Positions 59,186 through 64,000 of a DNA stretch of 64,000 bases are shown piece after piece; position 1 is the stretch's first letter; each line of letters starts with the position of its first letter. The DNA is from an uncultured virus (IMG/VR IMGVR_UViG_3300023184_000088) (taxonomy: Duplodnaviria; Heunggongvirae; Uroviricota; Caudoviricetes): positions 1 to 64,000 of the IMG/VR virus record IMGVR_UViG_3300023184_000088; one strand, 5' to 3'. A program made the translations under genes and the position numbers. Below the pieces are notes generated by a model. That model made no database searches, was not told the origin of the DNA, and saw only the letters and a program-made list of their open reading frames with translations.

Positions 59186-59678
59186 GTTTTTTTAATCTTT
59201 TTTTTATTTTTTTTAACACTATTTTATCATTCGCAGCATCTTTTAGTGAATTATATTTAGTGTAGGATTCTTTAGTTAGTTTTAATAACTCAATACTTTC
59301 TTCATCCGATAAATCAAATAAAATATGACCACAAATTACTTTTGTTATAAATCTATAAGTCGTAACTGTTGTCCAAAACTTTTTTAATCCAAAATATTTT
59401 GTCTTATAAATCTCATCCGCAGAACTATAATCCCACTGCGTATAAACTCTAATATCGGGTTCACCATCTTCAAATTTTAAAGTAAACTCCATTATATCGG
59501 GACTTATGTGTTCTGATTTGTCATAATTCTCTTTAACTTTAAACCGCTTTGTAACGTATGGTGATGGACTATAACTACCACAATATATGTGATTAGCAAA
59601 ATAACAATTGTGAAAAATATTTTCACCACCCACATTCTCTAATTCTTTGTGAATTAATTCTAAAATTTTTTCTTTCAT
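59175..59678 (-). CDS. Hypothetical protein
   Basis: Likely start MKEKIL overlapping the upstream stop. Confidence 0.65.
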   Translation of the reverse strand: MKEKILELIHKELENVGGENIFHNCYFANHIYCGSYSPSPYVTKRFKVKENYDKSEHISPDIMEFTLKFEDGEPDIRVYTQWDYSSADEIYKTKYFGLKKFWTTVTTYRFITKVICGHILFDLSDEESIELLKLTKESYTKYNSLKDAANDKIVLKKIKKRLKKHEN

Positions 59679-59938
59679 CTTATTTTTACTTCTATTAATT
59701 TTTTTCTTAACCATTCTTCATTAACATAATCCGGTCTTTCCCCCAAAATAATTTCATCTATTGTCTCCCCAAGGATTTCCATTAACATTGATTTAATTTC
59801 TGATGGAGCGTCCATTGGTACATATGAAAAACAATCTTGTATCATCTCGTAAGTCAATGGTACCTCAATAATCACTCGCTTGGGGATTAAATTCCCCTTT
59901 TCATCAAAATGGGATTCTTCAATTCTCGTGTTATACAT
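59675..59938 (-). CDS. Hypothetical protein
   Basis: Likely start MYNTRIEE right after the phosphoesterase stop. Confidence 0.6.
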   Translation of the reverse strand: MYNTRIEESHFDEKGNLIPKRVIIEVPLTYEMIQDCFSYVPMDAPSEIKSMLMEILGETIDEIILGERPDYVNEEWLRKKLIEVKIR

Positions 59939-59939
59939 A

Positions 59940-60602
59940 TTATTTTCTTTTTTTACCGTCTTCAGTTTCAATCTCATCCGTGTGGTGGTCAAATAACATA
60001 TCTGACACAATATCACGTTTATCCATTATTCTTATTATATCATCCATATCATATACTCCAAAATTTGGGTGACCATCCATACCAACATCCATTTTCTTAC
60101 CTTTACCAAATCTTAAATTTGTTGGTAAGTGAACGTGTCCATGGAGATGAATAACACCTCTATTCAAGTTCTCCCAAGAAGCTATTGGATAATGAAATAA
60201 TTCAAATGTTTTGAATTTGTATGTCATAATATCTGAACGAGAAACACTTGCAAATAACTCCTGACAATCACCTCTGTTGTTTTGAATGTGGTGGTCGTGA
60301 TTACCTAATATAAGGTGAATCTCTTTACACACAATTCTATCTCTGAATTTTTGGATGTTTTCAAATCCCCCGAAGCTCCAATCCCCAAGATGAATTAACA
60401 CATCATCTTCACCAACAACACTATTAATGTTATTAACGATTGTTTCGTTCATCTGTTCTATTGTATTAAAATCTCTCGTTTGAGATATCGGAATACTACC
60501 ATCAGGGAGACGCCATTCGGTCACTCCTCTACATATGTTTTTGTGTCCGTAGTGTGTATCGGACGTAACAAAAACTTTTCTATCTTTATCTATCTTAATC
60601 AT
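59940..60602 (-). CDS. Calcineurin-like metallophosphoesterase
   Basis: SDTHYGH, HLGD, GNHD, FHYP, HGHVH. Confidence 0.9.
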   Translation of the reverse strand: MIKIDKDRKVFVTSDTHYGHKNICRGVTEWRLPDGSIPISQTRDFNTIEQMNETIVNNINSVVGEDDVLIHLGDWSFGGFENIQKFRDRIVCKEIHLILGNHDHHIQNNRGDCQELFASVSRSDIMTYKFKTFELFHYPIASWENLNRGVIHLHGHVHLPTNLRFGKGKKMDVGMDGHPNFGVYDMDDIIRIMDKRDIVSDMLFDHHTDEIETEDGKKRK

Positions 60603-61092
60603 ACTGCAAATGTAGTTCTTTTTTTCCAAACCAAAAAGGTTTTTCTCTATTTTTCCAAGAGGCTAAATTAATTTTAGCACCCATATAATAATTTCTATAA
60701 GATTCCACAACAGAATCCACCTTAAACTCATCCGGCATTGCCATTGCTGGTTGAGTAAAACCAATATCCGGAATGTTTGGTTTATTAATGATACACCAAT
60801 TAATCACATCTATTGATTTGTGTCTTTTACCATACCTGTGGGTATATTCCTTCCCAAGTTCTAACCCCAATTCACACAAATACAAATAATTTGATAAACT
60901 CTGACGAGCCCACACCGCACAAGGGTGATTTTTATGAGACAACTTGTACGGTACTTGGTCGTTAACTTGGTCGGTTACGTGATGAACGCTACATAATAAT
61001 TGAGCGGTTTCCAAAATCATTTTCACTACGTGTTTATCTACGTGGTATTGAGCCGATAGTTTAGGATTCTCATCCAAGAAAAATATATTCAT
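60595..61092 (-). CDS. Pyrimidine-dimer DNA glycosylase (endonuclease V)-like protein
   Basis: MNIFFLD, DKHVVKMILETAQLL, HKNHPCAVW, EYTHRYGKRH, YRNYY. Confidence 0.8.
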   Translation of the reverse strand: MNIFFLDENPKLSAQYHVDKHVVKMILETAQLLCSVHHVTDQVNDQVPYKLSHKNHPCAVWARQSLSNYLYLCELGLELGKEYTHRYGKRHKSIDVINWCIINKPNIPDIGFTQPAMAMPDEFKVDSVVESYRNYYMGAKINLASWKNREKPFWFGKKELHLQYD

Positions 61093-61562
61093 TATACATG
61101 TGGTATTTTGACTCTTACACAAGTTTGTGCTTGACCCTCGTTCATATAAAAATTATTTAAATAACCCATAATATTTGCACTTCCAATTGGATTAGCCGAA
61201 TGAACATATACAGTTGGAAAAACAAATTTATCTATTTTTCTCTCACTTCTTGTCATATTAAACCTTCCCTCGTTTGTATTGTGGAATAATGCAACCAAGA
61301 ATTTGGCAGCATCATATCCGGTTTTTTCGTTAATATTGTTATAATCCAAAGTATAGTTCGGAGAAACATTACCATAATACTCTTTCATCGCAGAATCACC
61401 TAAATCGTGGTCCAGGGAGATTGTACTAACATTTTCTAAACCAATTTTGTTAACTTCGTTAACAAATTCATCATAATCTCTAACAACAACCCAATCATCT
61501 CCGGTTGGAGTTCTTACATCATCGAGATAAATTCTACAAGTTGTTTTCATATTATTTTCCAT
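61092..61562 (-). CDS. Cyclic-phosphate-processing receiver-like domain protein
   Basis: IYLDDVRTP, ISLDHDLG, TGYD, VHSANPIG. Confidence 0.75.
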   Translation of the reverse strand: MENNMKTTCRIYLDDVRTPTGDDWVVVRDYDEFVNEVNKIGLENVSTISLDHDLGDSAMKEYYGNVSPNYTLDYNNINEKTGYDAAKFLVALFHNTNEGRFNMTRSERKIDKFVFPTVYVHSANPIGSANIMGYLNNFYMNEGQAQTCVRVKIPHV

Positions 61563-61633
61563 ATCACATTATTTAGATGCAAATATAATAATTTTTTTTT
61601 TAATAAAAAAACTATTTATATTAAAATGTTAGT

Positions 61634-64000
61634 ATGAATGGTCAAAAATTAGAAATTATAAATAACGGTAATTCAAAAATAACAATAAAGTATCAAAACT
61701 TTAATGATTCTTCGTGGAAGACTGGGGTAGTATTAAACCCTAAACAATCTAAAACCATATGGTGTTTTAAAGGGACGTTTTCACATACGTTAGGTAAATT
61801 AAAAATTATCTCAAATGTTAACTGGCCCGAAACAAATATTGTTTCATCACCTATTTGTGTTTTACCCAATAATTTAAGTCCCATTGATATTTTAAAATCT
61901 GTTATCTTGGAAAATCCGAGTGAAGTAATAACGTTTGATTTAACTATTGGACCAATTTGTTATTGGATAAATTTACAAAATAGTCCGTCTTACACCAATA
62001 GAAACGCAAAAACTACCTCTTACTCTAACTATAGTTATGATACCCAACAGATGATTATGTATAACAAAAATAATGGTTGTATCGTATCTAATGGTTATTA
62101 TATGTCAAATGATTTGTTATCAGCTCAAAAAGGGGTGATAACAATAGTTGACACGGGAGATATTTGTCAAATACCTACACCTACACCAACACCAACAAAC
62201 ACTCAAACACCAACAATAACCCCAACAATAACTCCAACAAAAACAATAACCCCAACAATAACATCAACCCCAACGATAACACCAACGCCAGGTCTTGAAC
62301 ATTATTTAAGACTAACCTTTAATAATATTGGAAGTATAAACTCATTAGTTGGTGACCCAACAGACGTTACAAATTGGAATAATTTTTTTGATTTACCATA
62401 TTATGGTAATGATTTCTCATCAGTTACCATCAATGATGTAAATGTATTATTATTTGGTGGTAGTGACATTATGATAAAAAGTGGTTTATTTAATAATAAC
62501 AATTCGTTAATAGAAATTGTTGATGAGCTTAATTGTATTACTCAAATTGGTATTAGCGGATTTTCATCTTGTTTAAACCTAACAACAATTATTCTACCAA
62601 ATAGTCAATATTGTAATACTAATTGTTTTAATATAACACCAAAGGTTAACTATATTAGTTTACCAAATCTTAAAACCGCAGGTGAACAAACATTCGGGGG
62701 GGTGATAATGTTAACCAATTTATCTTTACCAAAATTAATAAATTCTGGTGAATATTGTTTTTATTCCTGTAATAATATCACAAATTTTAATCTACCAAAT
62801 TTAATTTCTATAGGTAATAATGGTTTTGATAATTGCGCATCAATGACGGAATTATATATACCATCAATTTTATCTTTAGGTGATAGTGTAGATAATGAGA
62901 ATGTTTTTAATGGTATAACCGGAAAAACAATAAATCTAACAGTTTCATCGTATATTATGACATGTAATGATGGATATCCGGATGGTGATATACAATATCT
63001 ATTATCTAATAATAATGTTACTATCATAACAATCGACATAACGCCAACCCCAACACCAACTCAAACCCCAACTCAAACTCCAACAATAACCCCAACAAAC
63101 ACTCAAACACCGACAAAAACCCCAACAAATACTCCAACAAACACTCGAACACCTGGGTTATCATCAACTCCAACAAACACCCCTACAAAAACGACTACAA
63201 ATACACCAACAAACACACCAACTAATACCGTAACACCAACAAACACACTAACACCAACAAACACACCTACAAATACGCCAACTAATACCGTAACACCAAC
63301 AAATACTGTTACACCAACAAATACCCCTACATCACTATCACCTACAGGTAGTGTATGTGTTAGTGGTGCTGGAAGTGGGGTAAATGGTACGTATATATAT
63401 TTTGGAACTCAAATAGTAAACGGATTTACTAGACCAATGTACGAATATGGTTATTTCAATGTTATACCTGTATCTACTTCAGGAGTAACAGTGTGGGCTA
63501 TATATAACTATAATGATGAGGAAACTTATTATTATGGTAACACTACACCTATACCACAATATCCTTATCAGGAAACCTCGTGGAGAATAGTAACTGTTGG
63601 TGTTCTACCGTTACCCACAGTTAACGCGTCTGCTTGTACAGGACCTACACCTACACCAACAATAACACCCACTGTTACCCCAACAAACACACCAACTAAC
63701 ACTCAAACACCAACAAACACACCAACAAATACTCAAACACCAACAAATACTCTAACTCCGACACCTACAAAAACACCTACAAATACCCCAACAAACACAC
63801 CGACTAACACTCAAACACCAACAATAACACCGACACCTACTAAAACACCTACAAAAACACCGACTAATACACCAACACCAACATTAACACCTAATATAGT
63901 TTACACATCTGTAACAATTTATAGTCAAATATGGACAAATAAAAATTTAGATGTTTCAACATACAGAGATGGAACGGTAATACCTCAAGTAACCGACCCA
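61634..64000 (+). CDS. Large modular adhesin-like virion protein (PT linkers, BspA-type LRRs, start of a FISUMP/Fib_succ_major domain); runs off the right edge (absent from ORF track)
   Basis: ATG at 61634 (MNGQKLEII...), frame consistent with the last codon; [23 protein letters not shown] repeats; ends [30 protein letters not shown]. Confidence 0.85.
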   Translation, partial: MNGQKLEIINNGNSKITIKYQNFNDSSWKTGVVLNPKQSKTIWCFKGTFSHTLGKLKIISNVNWPETNIVSSPICVLPNNLSPIDILKSVILENPSEVITFDLTIGPICYWINLQNSPSYTNRNAKTTSYSNYSYDTQQMIMYNKNNGCIVSNGYYMSNDLLSAQKGVITIVDTGDICQIPTPTPTPTNTQTPTITPTITPTKTITPTITSTPTITPTPGLEHYLRLTFNNIGSINSLVGDPTDVTNWNNFFDLPYYGNDFSSVTINDVNVLLFGGSDIMIKSGLFNNNNSLIEIVDELNCITQIGISGFSSCLNLTTIILPNSQYCNTNCFNITPKVNYISLPNLKTAGEQTFGGVIMLTNLSLPKLINSGEYCFYSCNNITNFNLPNLISIGNNGFDNCASMTELYIPSILSLGDSVDNENVFNGITGKTINLTVSSYIMTCNDGYPDGDIQYLLSNNNVTIITIDITPTPTPTQTPTQTPTITPTNTQTPTKTPTNTPTNTRTPGLSSTPTNTPTKTTTNTPTNTPTNTVTPTNTLTPTNTPTNTPTNTVTPTNTVTPTNTPTSLSPTGSVCVSGAGSGVNGTYIYFGTQIVNGFTRPMYEYGYFNVIPVSTSGVTVWAIYNYNDEETYYYGNTTPIPQYPYQETSWRIVTVGVLPLPTVNASACTGPTPTPTITPTVTPTNTPTNTQTPTNTPTNTQTPTNTLTPTPTKTPTNTPTNTPTNTQTPTITPTPTKTPTKTPTNTPTPTLTPNIVYTSVTIYSQIWTNKNLDVSTYRDGTVIPQVTDP

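Noticed and set aside
1..64000. Alternative genetic code (stop-codon reassignment)
   Set aside because: Core genes are full length in the standard code, and TAA, TAG and TGA all serve as stops

Overview
AT-rich segment of a large T4-like (myovirus-type) phage genome. The host is very probably a Bacteroidota bacterium, judged from TAnnTTTG promoters, scarce Shine-Dalgarno sites, a Bacteroidota-type bS21 and a Bacteroidota-type lipoprotein. From left to right: (i) Gly-Ser-Thr and Pro-Thr repeat putative virion/fibre proteins; (ii) a glycosyltransferase-rich operon with exonuclease, dUTPase, PhoH and a gp55-like sigma factor; (iii) putative baseplate genes; (iv) a head module (major capsid, scaffold, protease, portal, large terminase) with an antisense rpsU inside it; (v) a ClpC-like ATPase and a peptidase; (vi) a dense non-coding RNA island at 51.5-54.9 kb; (vii) a holin/peptidoglycan hydrolase cluster; (viii) an RNA-repair cluster (Rnl1-like ligase, kinase, phosphoesterase, cyclic-phosphate receiver domain); (ix) a truncated LRR/FISUMP adhesin-like gene. 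The RNA island is the most unusual part. It holds tmRNA with an atypical 22-aa tag, smpB, a ~920-nt GOLLD-like RNA, two circularly permuted tRNA mimics (YrlA-like topology) and two tRNA-like genes carrying an extra hairpin in the D-loop. All assignments come from manual motif reading and folding; no database searches were run.
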